A stretch of 64,000 bases of DNA from an uncultured Planctomycetaceae bacterium (lineage in GTDB: Bacteria > Planctomycetota > Planctomycetia > Planctomycetales > Planctomycetaceae). Location: positions 248,001 to 312,000 of the forward strand of contig CAXBME010000004.1 in assembly GCA_963976765.1 (NCBI GenBank), read 5' to 3'. Each line of letters starts with the position of its first letter. The stretch's first letter is position 1. A program made the position numbers and the translations under genes. Of the stretch, positions 20,039 to 28,719 are shown piece by piece. The notes beneath the pieces were generated by a model that was not told the DNA's origin, did no database searches, and saw only the letters and a program-made list of their open reading frames with translations.

Positions 20039-20862
20039 TGACGTTCTTTCGTCTGTTTGGCAATCGCCGAGGAAATGTCCCGCGAGACCTTATCTGCCAG
20101 GTGGATATATCCCGGTTCGGTAAAATGCACGTCGCCTTCGCGAACCATCGTTTCCGGTAGTTTCAACAGCGCATGGGAATGCAGGTCGTTGATCAACACT
20201 CCGTTGGCTTTCATGATTTCGGCCGCAACCTGATTGTACTTCAGATCATCACCAGTCTTTCGCCCCGCTTCACCTTCGGGGACGGGAGTGGTTGCGCACC
20301 AGATTAGGGTGGCTTCAGTCTCTTTGAGACGAGCGACAATCTTTTCCAGGTTAGTTCGGTATCCATCCAGGGATTCCGTCAGCGTTCCATTCACCTTATC
20401 CCGGTTGCCCTGAGTTTTTGACTTCGGATGTCGATAGCAGAGATCCCACAGGCCCCAATTGAAATGGATGACATCCCACTTAAAAGATTCCAGAGCAAGC
20501 CACTTGTTCAGTTGTGCTAGTCCGTACACTGAGTTCCTTGCATTCACAGGAACTCGAAAGACATCTGCTTTCCCTTTCAGTTGTCTCCTGACATAGGCCG
20601 TGTAGCCAATGGAGATCGAATCGCCAATCAGCAGTACATTGGGAAGGTCTGGATTGTCCTTCTTCGGATTGGAGAATGCTTCCTTGCGGTCCAGGTAGAG
20701 TTCTTCTTTGCTGGCCAACGTGTTGTTTGTAGAGCCGCTGCTATCCTCGCCGGCGGACTGCGCTTCGGTCTCAACGGCGTTCGCCGATTGCGCTTCTGCT
20801 GATTTTGAGAAAGTGGACAGCAGAAGAAGGATCAGGACTGGCACGTGTGGAGTAAGTCTCAT
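20035..20862 (-). CDS. SGNH/GDSL hydrolase (putative O-acetyl esterase)
   Basis: LLIGDSISIGY, IHFNWGLWDL and GDVHF (DxxH-type) blocks; signal peptide. Confidence 0.9.
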   Translation of the reverse strand: MRLTPHVPVLILLLLSTFSKSAEAQSANAVETEAQSAGEDSSGSTNNTLASKEELYLDRKEAFSNPKKDNPDLPNVLLIGDSISIGYTAYVRRQLKGKADVFRVPVNARNSVYGLAQLNKWLALESFKWDVIHFNWGLWDLCYRHPKSKTQGNRDKVNGTLTESLDGYRTNLEKIVARLKETEATLIWCATTPVPEGEAGRKTGDDLKYNQVAAEIMKANGVLINDLHSHALLKLPETMVREGDVHFTEPGYIHLADKVSRDISSAIAKQTKERQ

Positions 20863-20877
20863 GTTCTACCTTGCAAT

Positions 20878-22545
20878 CTAATTGGAATTACGGGGAGCGT
20901 TCCTGATGCCATCGCGTCTCTTACCGGTCGGCGGCGTTGATCCGGACGCTGCTCCTGTTGGACCGGCACGTCCTTCCAGGTCGACCTCTCGTGTACCACT
21001 GAGTGCCTTCGATGAGTCAGTCTGAATCACATTCGGCATGTGTTGGTCGCGATTCGTGACGATCCTGAAGACCCATGCGTATTCGCTTTTGCCAGAATTG
21101 CGCGGAGGTTTGATGTGCAGTCCATCGGGGCCGATCGACCAGTCGACTGCAGCAGGATAAGGGTGCCCCAGCAATTGAACTGATCGGACGCCAGACGATA
21201 GCCAATGAGCTCTGTCCTCGATCGTAAAGGGAGTCGTTGGATCCTTTAACCTGATCGCGTACAGAGTCTTGCTTTTCGTTGTGAATGCAAGGTGTTCGTT
21301 CTTCTGCTCGCTTACTTTCCAGTACCGAGTGCCGTAGATAGCTTCGCCGTTGATCTTCAGCCAGTTCTTCATCGCCATCAGACGTTCCATCTGAGGCTCT
21401 GGAATCGTGCCGTCCGGTTTCGGTCCGATGTTGACCAGGAAGTTTCCATTGCGGCTGATGACCTCGACCATCTCGTGAATCACACTTTCGATGCTCTTGT
21501 ACTGATCATCTTCGAGATAGCCGAACGACGTTCCAAATGTTGTGCAGCTTTCCCACTTCGGCCCGATCACTTTGAGCTTGAGATTGTCTTTTTCCAGGCA
21601 TCCGACTCCGTCTGGCCAATTGCGATTGCCGCCCTTGTTATTGACATAAACTTCCGCCCCACGCGCTGCGCCATCGTTCATGAAGTCGGTGATCATCAGC
21701 CGGCACTGGTCATAGAAATATTGAACTTCAGGTTTAGCTTTACCAGCCAGCACCCGGTTCCCATCCCGTGTCCAGATCGGGATATCGTCGATCCACAGAA
21801 AGTCCGGTTGATACTTCGTCTGGATCTCTTTCCAGCGGGCCACATAGTCATCGACGAACTCTCGGGTCAGTCCGAACGGCCCGTACAGAGACGCCGCTTC
21901 CGGAACGCGCCGAATCTCTTCGGCAATATCATCCTGCGGCTCGGCATCGATTACATATAGCCTTTTCGCAAAGAACGTGTCATGCCGTTCGCGGTGGTAA
22001 GAAGGCGCAAACTTGAGCCCATGCTTCTTCAAGGAGTTTCCAAGGTCGCCGACCAGATCGCGCTTTGGACCTTTATCCACTGCGTTCCAGGGAGTGAGAT
22101 CTGAGTCCCAGTTTGCCCAGCCATCGTGATGCTCGGCGGTCATCACACAATACTTGAAACCGACGTCCGCAAAGAGCTTCGCCCAGGCGTCGGGATCCCA
22201 GTTCTCGGCTTTGAATTCGGGAATGATGTCCTTGTAACCAAACTCCGGCGGAGTCGCTCCCCACCTTTTTTGAAAGTAGGGGTAGTAATGATCCCGCTCA
22301 GAATAGATCTGCTTGGGAACGTGCTCCGCATAACCCCGTCCCCCTTTGCGGTAGCCGATCACGCTGTACGGCCCCCAATGGATAAAGACGCCAATCTTGC
22401 CGTCATCAAACCATGCTGGTACCGGCATCCTCTGAAGCGATTCCCAACTTCCGTCGTATCGCGGTTCTGCCGCGGCAACGAACTGAGTCTGGATGCAGAA
22501 AAGTCCGAGAAAGACTGAGTATATTGGACGACTCACGGTAGGCAC
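20878..22545 (-). CDS. Alpha-L-fucosidase (GH29)
   Basis: WFDDGKIGVFIHWGPYS, AEHHDG, PDFLWID nucleophile region, SRNGNFLVNIGP, WLKINGEAIYGTR. Confidence 0.92.
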   Translation of the reverse strand: MPTVSRPIYSVFLGLFCIQTQFVAAAEPRYDGSWESLQRMPVPAWFDDGKIGVFIHWGPYSVIGYRKGGRGYAEHVPKQIYSERDHYYPYFQKRWGATPPEFGYKDIIPEFKAENWDPDAWAKLFADVGFKYCVMTAEHHDGWANWDSDLTPWNAVDKGPKRDLVGDLGNSLKKHGLKFAPSYHRERHDTFFAKRLYVIDAEPQDDIAEEIRRVPEAASLYGPFGLTREFVDDYVARWKEIQTKYQPDFLWIDDIPIWTRDGNRVLAGKAKPEVQYFYDQCRLMITDFMNDGAARGAEVYVNNKGGNRNWPDGVGCLEKDNLKLKVIGPKWESCTTFGTSFGYLEDDQYKSIESVIHEMVEVISRNGNFLVNIGPKPDGTIPEPQMERLMAMKNWLKINGEAIYGTRYWKVSEQKNEHLAFTTKSKTLYAIRLKDPTTPFTIEDRAHWLSSGVRSVQLLGHPYPAAVDWSIGPDGLHIKPPRNSGKSEYAWVFRIVTNRDQHMPNVIQTDSSKALSGTREVDLEGRAGPTGAASGSTPPTGKRRDGIRNAPRNSN

Positions 22546-22547
22546 CT

Positions 22548-24077
22548 TCAGTCTGCGAATGACAAAGTGAGCTTTTCGATGAATGGTTTGGACTTGTTCT
22601 CTGTGGAGTCGGTCAGACGCAGTTCGATTTGAAATCCGTAGCCGGCCGGCAGTTTCGAAAGATCCAGTTCAGCTGGCGTTCTTGCGATCTGCTTCGAAAA
22701 ACCCGGGATGTAGTCGTAACGCTCTTTGAGTTCCGTCCAGTCTGTCCATTGATCGATCTTCTCATCTTTGTCGGTATCAACACCGACTCGGGCTTCGACG
22801 GTCTCTACCCACGGACCGGGGCTGACGTAGTCGGTCTTCTGCTGGGTCGCGAGGTAAAATTGTCCCTCGGCGAACGCGATGTCCGGATCGGGATGTCCGT
22901 TGCCGATGTTGTCGCACCATGTGAACTCTTCATCGATCGAAGGTGATGTGAACCAGCCGACGCTCATCGCATGTCCGCCGACTGGATCGTAGTCACCGAA
23001 GAGGTAGTACTGACCACCGATGCAGATCGCGGCCCAGTCTCCATAGGCTTCCTGTTCGGGTTCGTGAATTTCGTACTCGGCGACGCTTGTCTTGTAGTTC
23101 TGTGGATCCTCCTTCGCCCAATGTGGGTGATTGTAGGTTCCGATCTTTCCGGTCGGCTTTGTGCGACGGTCAACCGGCGGCTTCCCGAACTTGAATCCAT
23201 CAACTCCATTCGGACTCACGGCATGAGCGGCAAGAGGCGAATCCCATGAGCGTTTGCTGGCATTGATGGGACTCCAGTCCTCAAGGATCACATGCATGTT
23301 GCCGTCGAGATCGCGAATAAAGCCGGCGTCGGAACCGTGAGAAGGATCTCTAACCGCGATGCCCATATTCCTTCCCGGCTCGCCGTCAAACAGGTCATCA
23401 TCAACGTAAACGTGTGGATCCTGGTCATTCGGAAAGTCGTAGTAGATGAAGGCCTTACCATCGACCCATTCCGCACTGGTCACCCACTTCGAAAACCCTT
23501 CTGTGACTGGTCCGTGATGAACCCAGTTCTTCATGTCACGACTCTGCCACGCGTGATATCCGCCTTTGCCAGGCTTCAGTCCACCGGGCGCGTTGAACTG
23601 GTTCGGAAATCGCGTCGTCTGCAGCGGGATATCGAACCCTTCCAGCGCTACGTCTTCCGCTTTGAAAAGCGGCTGAGGACCCGCGTTCTGTTTTCCCTTT
23701 TGAACCTTTTGGGGTCGAGGCTGGCGGCCGTTGTAACGGCCAAACATCCAGTAATTGTCAGGCCCCACTGTGAGTAACACCGGAGCATCGGCCAGATTGA
23801 CGGGGCCGAGATTCTCGATTGGATTCCAGTTCTGCCAGATTGTCGACTGACTCACCACGAGAGACCCAGCTGACCGCTTCTGGTCCGATGTGTGAATTCG
23901 AGTGGAAACGGTTGCCGTCTTCGCACTCGGCGAAACTGAGCCGTCCGCGACAGTCGCTCCCTCGGATGATTGAATGTTTTTCACCCAGTCGTCGGCACTG
24001 TCGATCGTCCAGTCAGCAGCCGGCAATTCAGCGCCCAGGAGCAACGTCGCGACGAGTGAGAGTGGTAGTATTTTCAT
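22548..24077 (-). CDS. Secreted hypothetical protein, possible five-bladed beta-propeller glycosidase
   Basis: Signal peptide from ATG 24077; DAP.., WQSRDMKNW, GSDAGFIRD and HPDPD motifs reminiscent of GH43/GH117-type propellers; family not assigned. Confidence 0.7.
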   Translation of the reverse strand: MKILPLSLVATLLLGAELPAADWTIDSADDWVKNIQSSEGATVADGSVSPSAKTATVSTRIHTSDQKRSAGSLVVSQSTIWQNWNPIENLGPVNLADAPVLLTVGPDNYWMFGRYNGRQPRPQKVQKGKQNAGPQPLFKAEDVALEGFDIPLQTTRFPNQFNAPGGLKPGKGGYHAWQSRDMKNWVHHGPVTEGFSKWVTSAEWVDGKAFIYYDFPNDQDPHVYVDDDLFDGEPGRNMGIAVRDPSHGSDAGFIRDLDGNMHVILEDWSPINASKRSWDSPLAAHAVSPNGVDGFKFGKPPVDRRTKPTGKIGTYNHPHWAKEDPQNYKTSVAEYEIHEPEQEAYGDWAAICIGGQYYLFGDYDPVGGHAMSVGWFTSPSIDEEFTWCDNIGNGHPDPDIAFAEGQFYLATQQKTDYVSPGPWVETVEARVGVDTDKDEKIDQWTDWTELKERYDYIPGFSKQIARTPAELDLSKLPAGYGFQIELRLTDSTENKSKPFIEKLTLSFAD

Positions 24078-24108
24078 GACGTCTTTCGATTCTTCCCATT
24101 GGATTGTT

Positions 24109-24192
24109 AGCCACAGATGAAACACGGATTAGCACAGATTCCGTGAGTGACAGGAATTCTCATCTGTGAAAATCCGTGTTTCATCTGTGGCT
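24109..24192. repeat. CACRGAT-periodic palindromic element, copy D (best preserved)
   Basis: Perfect 22-bp inverted repeat AGCCACAGATGAAACACGGATT (24109-24130) / AATCCGTGTTTCATCTGTGGCT (24171-24192), plus inner CACAGAT/ATCTGTG. Confidence 0.92.
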
Positions 24193-24202
24193 TTACGTTT
24201 TA

Positions 24203-25342
24203 CTACTGAAGGTGATCGACAAAGAACTGCACAGTGCGTTCGACAATTGCCTCCCGCGACGGATCGATGTCCGCATCGACCTTGCGCCAGTTATGACCGG
24301 CATTCTTGATGATCATGATCTCAACCGGTGCTTTAGCGGCGTCCGCCTTCTGCTTCATGTAATACGCATGCTTCACCGGGATGGTCGTGTCCTTGTCGCC
24401 CTGAATCATCAACAGTGGCGGGCTATCGTGACGCAGATACTGGATCGGACTCATTTCGCGATAACGTTCCAGCTTGCTGGCTGGATCGATATCTAAGCCG
24501 ACGATGCGAGCGCCGAATCGATCCCGGAAATCTGCTCGATCATCGTGATTGAACAGATTCGTTTTCTCGAAGTCGCAGGGACCGTACCACGAAACTCCTG
24601 CCTGCATGTGGTAGGTAGCTGAGGCCAGTTCCTGGTCGCCCGGAAGAGACTCCGGCGAAGTCAGTAGCAGCATTTGCGCGATCTGTCCGCCAGCTGAGTC
24701 GCCCATCACAAAGAAACGATCTGGATCCAGCCTCAACGTGTGGCTGTTCTTTGAGAGGTAGCGAACGGCATCCTTGGAATCGACCACACAATCCCGCATG
24801 GTGATGCCACTGTCCGGCTTGCACAGCCGATAGTCCACCGACGCGACTGCGAACCCGTGTTCGACCAGTTGCTGAAAAACGTCCTTGAACGAACCATTCG
24901 CGATTCCCTGTTTACTACCCGCCGCCCAACCGCCACCGTGGGTATAGATAATGACTGGGTGCAGAGATTCCTGCTGATCGCTCGCGGGATAGTACAGGTC
25001 CAGCCGCAGTACTCGTTGATTGATTGTCTTATACACAATGTCGAGTTTGCACTTACCGCCTGTCTCCAGATGCGAGCCCCGGTCCTTGAGAAATTCGTCG
25101 ATCGTAAGAACACCGTCGCGATCTGCATCCAGCTTCTGATAGCGTCGCCAGACAGAAGGATCCTCGCTCTTCTCGAACGTACCATTCCCGTCCTTGTCAA
25201 TCTTCCGCATCGTTCGCGTCGCACGAACGAGAGCAGCGAGGTCCTGTTCTTCACCGGTCGGAAGTGCATCCTCAGCAATTGCGGAACTGGCCAGTGTGCA
25301 GGCAACGAGGACGATGCAGTAGATGCGAAAGTATTGGGACAT
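24203..25342 (-). CDS. Alpha/beta hydrolase (HSL-like carboxyl/acetyl esterase) with N-terminal EF-hand pair
   Basis: HGGGW, GDSAGG, QGDKD..IP and [15 protein letters not shown] and [14 protein letters not shown]-hand loops; signal peptide from 25342. Confidence 0.88.
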   Translation of the reverse strand: MSQYFRIYCIVLVACTLASSAIAEDALPTGEEQDLAALVRATRTMRKIDKDGNGTFEKSEDPSVWRRYQKLDADRDGVLTIDEFLKDRGSHLETGGKCKLDIVYKTINQRVLRLDLYYPASDQQESLHPVIIYTHGGGWAAGSKQGIANGSFKDVFQQLVEHGFAVASVDYRLCKPDSGITMRDCVVDSKDAVRYLSKNSHTLRLDPDRFFVMGDSAGGQIAQMLLLTSPESLPGDQELASATYHMQAGVSWYGPCDFEKTNLFNHDDRADFRDRFGARIVGLDIDPASKLERYREMSPIQYLRHDSPPLLMIQGDKDTTIPVKHAYYMKQKADAAKAPVEIMIIKNAGHNWRKVDADIDPSREAIVERTVQFFVDHLQ

Positions 25343-25400
25343 GTGTTGCTCGTGGTGTTCTTGCAGTGGATTGCTGACATTCGGCGTTTGAGGTTGGCAA

Positions 25401-26543
25401 TCAGCGAGTCGTGCTGACTGGCTTCCAATCAATTTTCGCCGTTCGGGTTTCAAGATCGACGAAAACGTCGGCATGCTCAAACGTGCGTTGATAGGTCCAG
25501 CCGACGCGTTTGGCATCGCCCCTGGGTGGGCCGAGTGGCTGATCGAACTCGGGATACCACTCGAATGTGCCGTGCATTTCTCGATAGCCCCAAGTGTAGT
25601 GGAGGTAGCAGTTCGGCTGCGCTGCGACGAGAAAGCAGGCCAGCGGGAAGGTGATACGATCCCTCGAAAGTTGAGCCAGTTCTGCGCGGGGCTTCTGCAT
25701 CATCTCGGATTCCCGAAACGAAAAGCCTGGCCAGCCTTTGAGGACAACAACTTTACCGTTCTTCGCGGCGGCGTGCGTCGCTTCGAACGACGCCGTCAAC
25801 TGTTCCTTACTGTCACCGTATTTGGGATGACCAAAACTCTCGATCATCGCACCGTCAGCAAACTGAAGTAGCTTTTCGGGGTCATCCTTCAGTAGACCGT
25901 TGTAAATGATGAGCTTATCCGGTCCGACCTTGCGTCGAGTTTCATCCAGCAGGGCAACTCGCGCGGCCACGAGTGCCGCCAGTTTTTCGTCATCCAGTCC
26001 TTTGGCCTGATCCTGGCCCATCGCGTCGGCAAAGATCCCGTCGGCTCCATACTCACGAACCGCTCTGGCTGCGGCGTCCGACCACCAGTCACGCACATCC
26101 TGCCGCGTGAGGTCGTAGTTCGGAACCGCCTTGCGGCGTAACACCGGATCGCCTTCGCTGTCCCTTAGAAACCCGTCGGCGGGAAACGTCTTCATGGCTT
26201 TGTAGACACCCCGCCTGGACGACGTGTCCAGCGAAGCGTTCCAGTAGAACAGTACCTTCGCCCTGGGATTCCGCTTCCTGATTTCCCGGGCCGCCACCAC
26301 GAAGCCGTCTTCTGTGCTTCCGTGTTTGCGGCTCGCCTGATGCTTCTCGATCGTGATGAAATCAAAGTGCTTCGCAAGAAAATCCAGTTCCTTCGGCGTG
26401 AAGTCATCCGACGTCTTGCCGACGTGCGCATACACCGGCACGCGGTCCCAACTGAACGGCGGCAGCGCATCGTCGGCATGAATCGCAGATGCCACTGATG
26501 TGAGTAGAGACACGGCGAGAACGAATACTGGAGTCGGTTTCAT
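25401..26543 (-). CDS. GH168 (former GHL15)-like putative endo-fucanase
   Basis: [66 protein letters not shown]-like RTFEHA; lies near GH29 and sulfatases. Confidence 0.78.
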   Translation of the reverse strand: MKPTPVFVLAVSLLTSVASAIHADDALPPFSWDRVPVYAHVGKTSDDFTPKELDFLAKHFDFITIEKHQASRKHGSTEDGFVVAAREIRKRNPRAKVLFYWNASLDTSSRRGVYKAMKTFPADGFLRDSEGDPVLRRKAVPNYDLTRQDVRDWWSDAAARAVREYGADGIFADAMGQDQAKGLDDEKLAALVAARVALLDETRRKVGPDKLIIYNGLLKDDPEKLLQFADGAMIESFGHPKYGDSKEQLTASFEATHAAAKNGKVVVLKGWPGFSFRESEMMQKPRAELAQLSRDRITFPLACFLVAAQPNCYLHYTWGYREMHGTFEWYPEFDQPLGPPRGDAKRVGWTYQRTFEHADVFVDLETRTAKIDWKPVSTTR

Positions 26544-26611
26544 AATCTCATCATCGGGGTACTGGGTACGAGATGGTGCAATTTGCAATGAGATGACTGT
26601 GTGTTGAGTGA

Positions 26612-26689
26612 GCAACAGATTGAACACAGATGAGACACAGATAGTAATGCGACGTCTTGATCGGTGTTCGATCAGTGTTTCATCTGTGG
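26612..26689. repeat. CACRGAT-periodic palindromic element, copy E
   Basis: GCAACAGATTGAACACAGATGAGACACAGAT (26612-26642) ... ATCGGTGTTCGATCAGTGTTTCATCTGTGG (26660-26689). Confidence 0.82.
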
Positions 26690-26695
26690 ATCAAA

Positions 26696-28186
26696 CTATC
26701 TGGCGATCCGAGGCCCATTCAGCCATTCGTTGAGTTCCGCAGCCAACGAAGTGACCAGGTCGGGATGCTCGGCCATGATGTTGCGCTGCTCGTTCTGGTC
26801 GGCTTCAATGTCGAACAGCTCCACAGGCTTACCGCCGAGAGCGAGCAGCTTCCATTTCCCTCGAAGGGCAACTTCAGTCGCAAAGGGTTTCGGTTTTGGA
26901 TAGTGGCGTTGAATGCTCTTGTAGAGGTTGAGTTGCCAGAACACGGTTCCTCTTGCTTCGGCACTCGGTGACTCGCTTCCCTCCAGGTGAGGCAGCAGAC
27001 TTAAACCATCGAGTGGTAATTCGCTCGGAAGTTTCACACCAGCGGCTTCGCAGAATGTCGGCAGCAGATCGTTCGAATGACCAAACGCGTCCGATGTTCG
27101 ACCGGCCGGAATCGCTGACGGCCAGCGCACGACCATTGGTACGCGAAGTCCTCCGTCATGCAGGTCAGTCTTGCCGCCCTTCAGGTCGTGAATACAACCT
27201 TCGTAGGCCGCGCCGTTGTCACTCGTGAAGAGGATCAGTGTGTTGTCCGCAATTCCAAACTCGTCGAGCTTCGTGAGAATCTGGCCAACCTTCGCGTCCA
27301 TGTGCTGCACCATCGATCGGAAACAATGCTGATCATCACTGATGCCGTCCGCTGCGGTGCCGGACCAGTGCGGTTCCGGAGCTGGCTCATAGGGCTTATG
27401 AGGAACAAGCCACCACATGTTGATAAAGAATGGCTTCCTGGCGGCGGCAAATTTCTCGATCATCTCAACCGCAAAGTCACCGTTCGCGTCAGTTAAGTGC
27501 TTTGAGTGGTAGGGATCACCCTTGCCGACTCGCTGGTCGTTCCGAAGGAGCACTGTTCCACCTTGGCGGAAGAGCGTCCGATCTCTCCCCATGCGTCCGC
27601 GAACTGGCTGCTGTTCAATCTGCGTCTGATAGAAGTCAAACCCGTGCTGGCGCGGACCGGGCTGATTGTTCAAACGGTGGCCATCGTCATCGACATGCAG
27701 ACCACCCAGATGCCACTTGCCGATATGCGCTGTGTTGTAACCGGCGTCTTTCAGATGCTCGGCAACCGTCGTGGCCGATTCGGGCAGCCACTGATTCACG
27801 TCGTTGAAATGTTTCACGATCCCGAAGCGCAGCGGGTATCGACCGGTCAGCACCGCAGCCCGTGTCGGAGAACACACGGCTGATGCGGCGTAGAACCGAG
27901 TGAATGTCATCCCCTCTTTCGCGAGACGGTCAAGATTGGGCGTTTTTACTGCGGGACTCCCAAAACAGGACAGGTCACCGTAGCCCAGATCGTCCGCCAG
28001 CAGCAGAACGATGTTAGGACGTTCGTCTGCATTCAGAGCGACTGGACTGAGAACAACAAAAAGCAGCCACAGATGAAACACGGATTTGCACAGGTTCAGT
28101 GACCGAAGAGAACCGGCTTCATCTGTGGCCATCTGCGATTCATCTGTGGCCTTGGAAAGTGGAGTCGATTCGTAACGTTTACGCAT
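26696..28186 (-). CDS. Cys-type (S1) sulfatase, secreted
   Basis: PNIVLLLADDLGYGD, CSPTR, GKWHLG, TSDNG; true start uncertain (28186 or 28132) and the N-terminus is encoded by repeat copy F. Confidence 0.9.
   Translation of the reverse strand: MRKRYESTPLSKATDESQMATDEAGSLRSLNLCKSVFHLWLLFVVLSPVALNADERPNIVLLLADDLGYGDLSCFGSPAVKTPNLDRLAKEGMTFTRFYAASAVCSPTRAAVLTGRYPLRFGIVKHFNDVNQWLPESATTVAEHLKDAGYNTAHIGKWHLGGLHVDDDGHRLNNQPGPRQHGFDFYQTQIEQQPVRGRMGRDRTLFRQGGTVLLRNDQRVGKGDPYHSKHLTDANGDFAVEMIEKFAAARKPFFINMWWLVPHKPYEPAPEPHWSGTAADGISDDQHCFRSMVQHMDAKVGQILTKLDEFGIADNTLILFTSDNGAAYEGCIHDLKGGKTDLHDGGLRVPMVVRWPSAIPAGRTSDAFGHSNDLLPTFCEAAGVKLPSELPLDGLSLLPHLEGSESPSAEARGTVFWQLNLYKSIQRHYPKPKPFATEVALRGKWKLLALGGKPVELFDIEADQNEQRNIMAEHPDLVTSLAAELNEWLNGPRIAR
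28065..28150. repeat. CACRGAT-periodic palindromic element, copy F (inside the sulfatase 5' end)
   Basis: AGCCACAGATGAAACACGGATT (28065-28086) is identical to the copy D arm; right arm ATCTGTGGCCATCTGCGATTCATCTGTGGC (28121-28150). Confidence 0.88.
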
Positions 28187-28242
28187 AAGGATGTACCAGG
28201 GTCATCAGTGGTGGGAATTTTGAACTTCATCCGTGGCCGTCG

Positions 28243-28371
28243 TTATCTGAACAGACAATAGAGCACGGCCATCGAACCAAGTAGCAACGCAGCCAGGAAC
28301 TTATAGTTTCCGATGCCTGGCCAGCCTTTGTCTGCCAGAGGCGATTGCCTGATGTCCCTGAGCCTGCTCAT
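28243..28371 (-). pseudogene. 42-aa ORF resembling the C-terminal helix of a sodium:solute symporter (remnant)
   Basis: [42 protein letters not shown]; resemblance recalled, not searched. Confidence 0.4.
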
Positions 28372-28666
28372 TCAGCCCCATCTCGGCGAGCTTCGGATTA
28401 CCAACCATCAGGTCGCGGGCATTTAACGCTATCTTCACCGAGTCTGACCATTCGCTGTCGACCTGCTCGCGCGAGCGTTTTTCCCTGAAAAACAGTGGGA
28501 GATACTTGTGTCGTGCTCATACTCGTCGTTCCAGTCCGCGCGAATCTGCGGTGATGTGCGGGCACGTCACCGGCATTTCCCCATGAAAGACAGCCGAACG
28601 CCCCGGGCTGAAGGTGGCCTGGCAGGAGACTTAACTTTGGGGCTGGTACGCGACGGATTCGAGAAT

Positions 28667-28698
28667 AAAATGCGACAGCCAATTAACGAATTGCGTCA
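28667..28698. promoter_or_regulatory. Putative AraC/XylR-type direct-repeat operator
   Basis: TGCGACA (28671-28677) and TGCGTCA (28692-28698), 21 bp apart, each preceded by an A/T tract, in the divergent intergenic region. Confidence 0.5.
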
Positions 28699-28719
28699 TC
28701 GCCAATCGGCCCGCGATCC

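Noticed and set aside
24078..24496. ORF starts beginning MFHLWL (24125 minus, 24176 plus)
   Set aside because: These are artefacts of the palindrome arms. The real gene most likely starts at 24077, and the + ORF is antisense to the esterase.
4688..28150. CRISPR or integron attC interpretation of the periodic repeats
   Set aside because: There is no regular repeat-spacer array and no cas or intI gene, and the arms lack consistent RYYYAAC/GTTRRRY ends.
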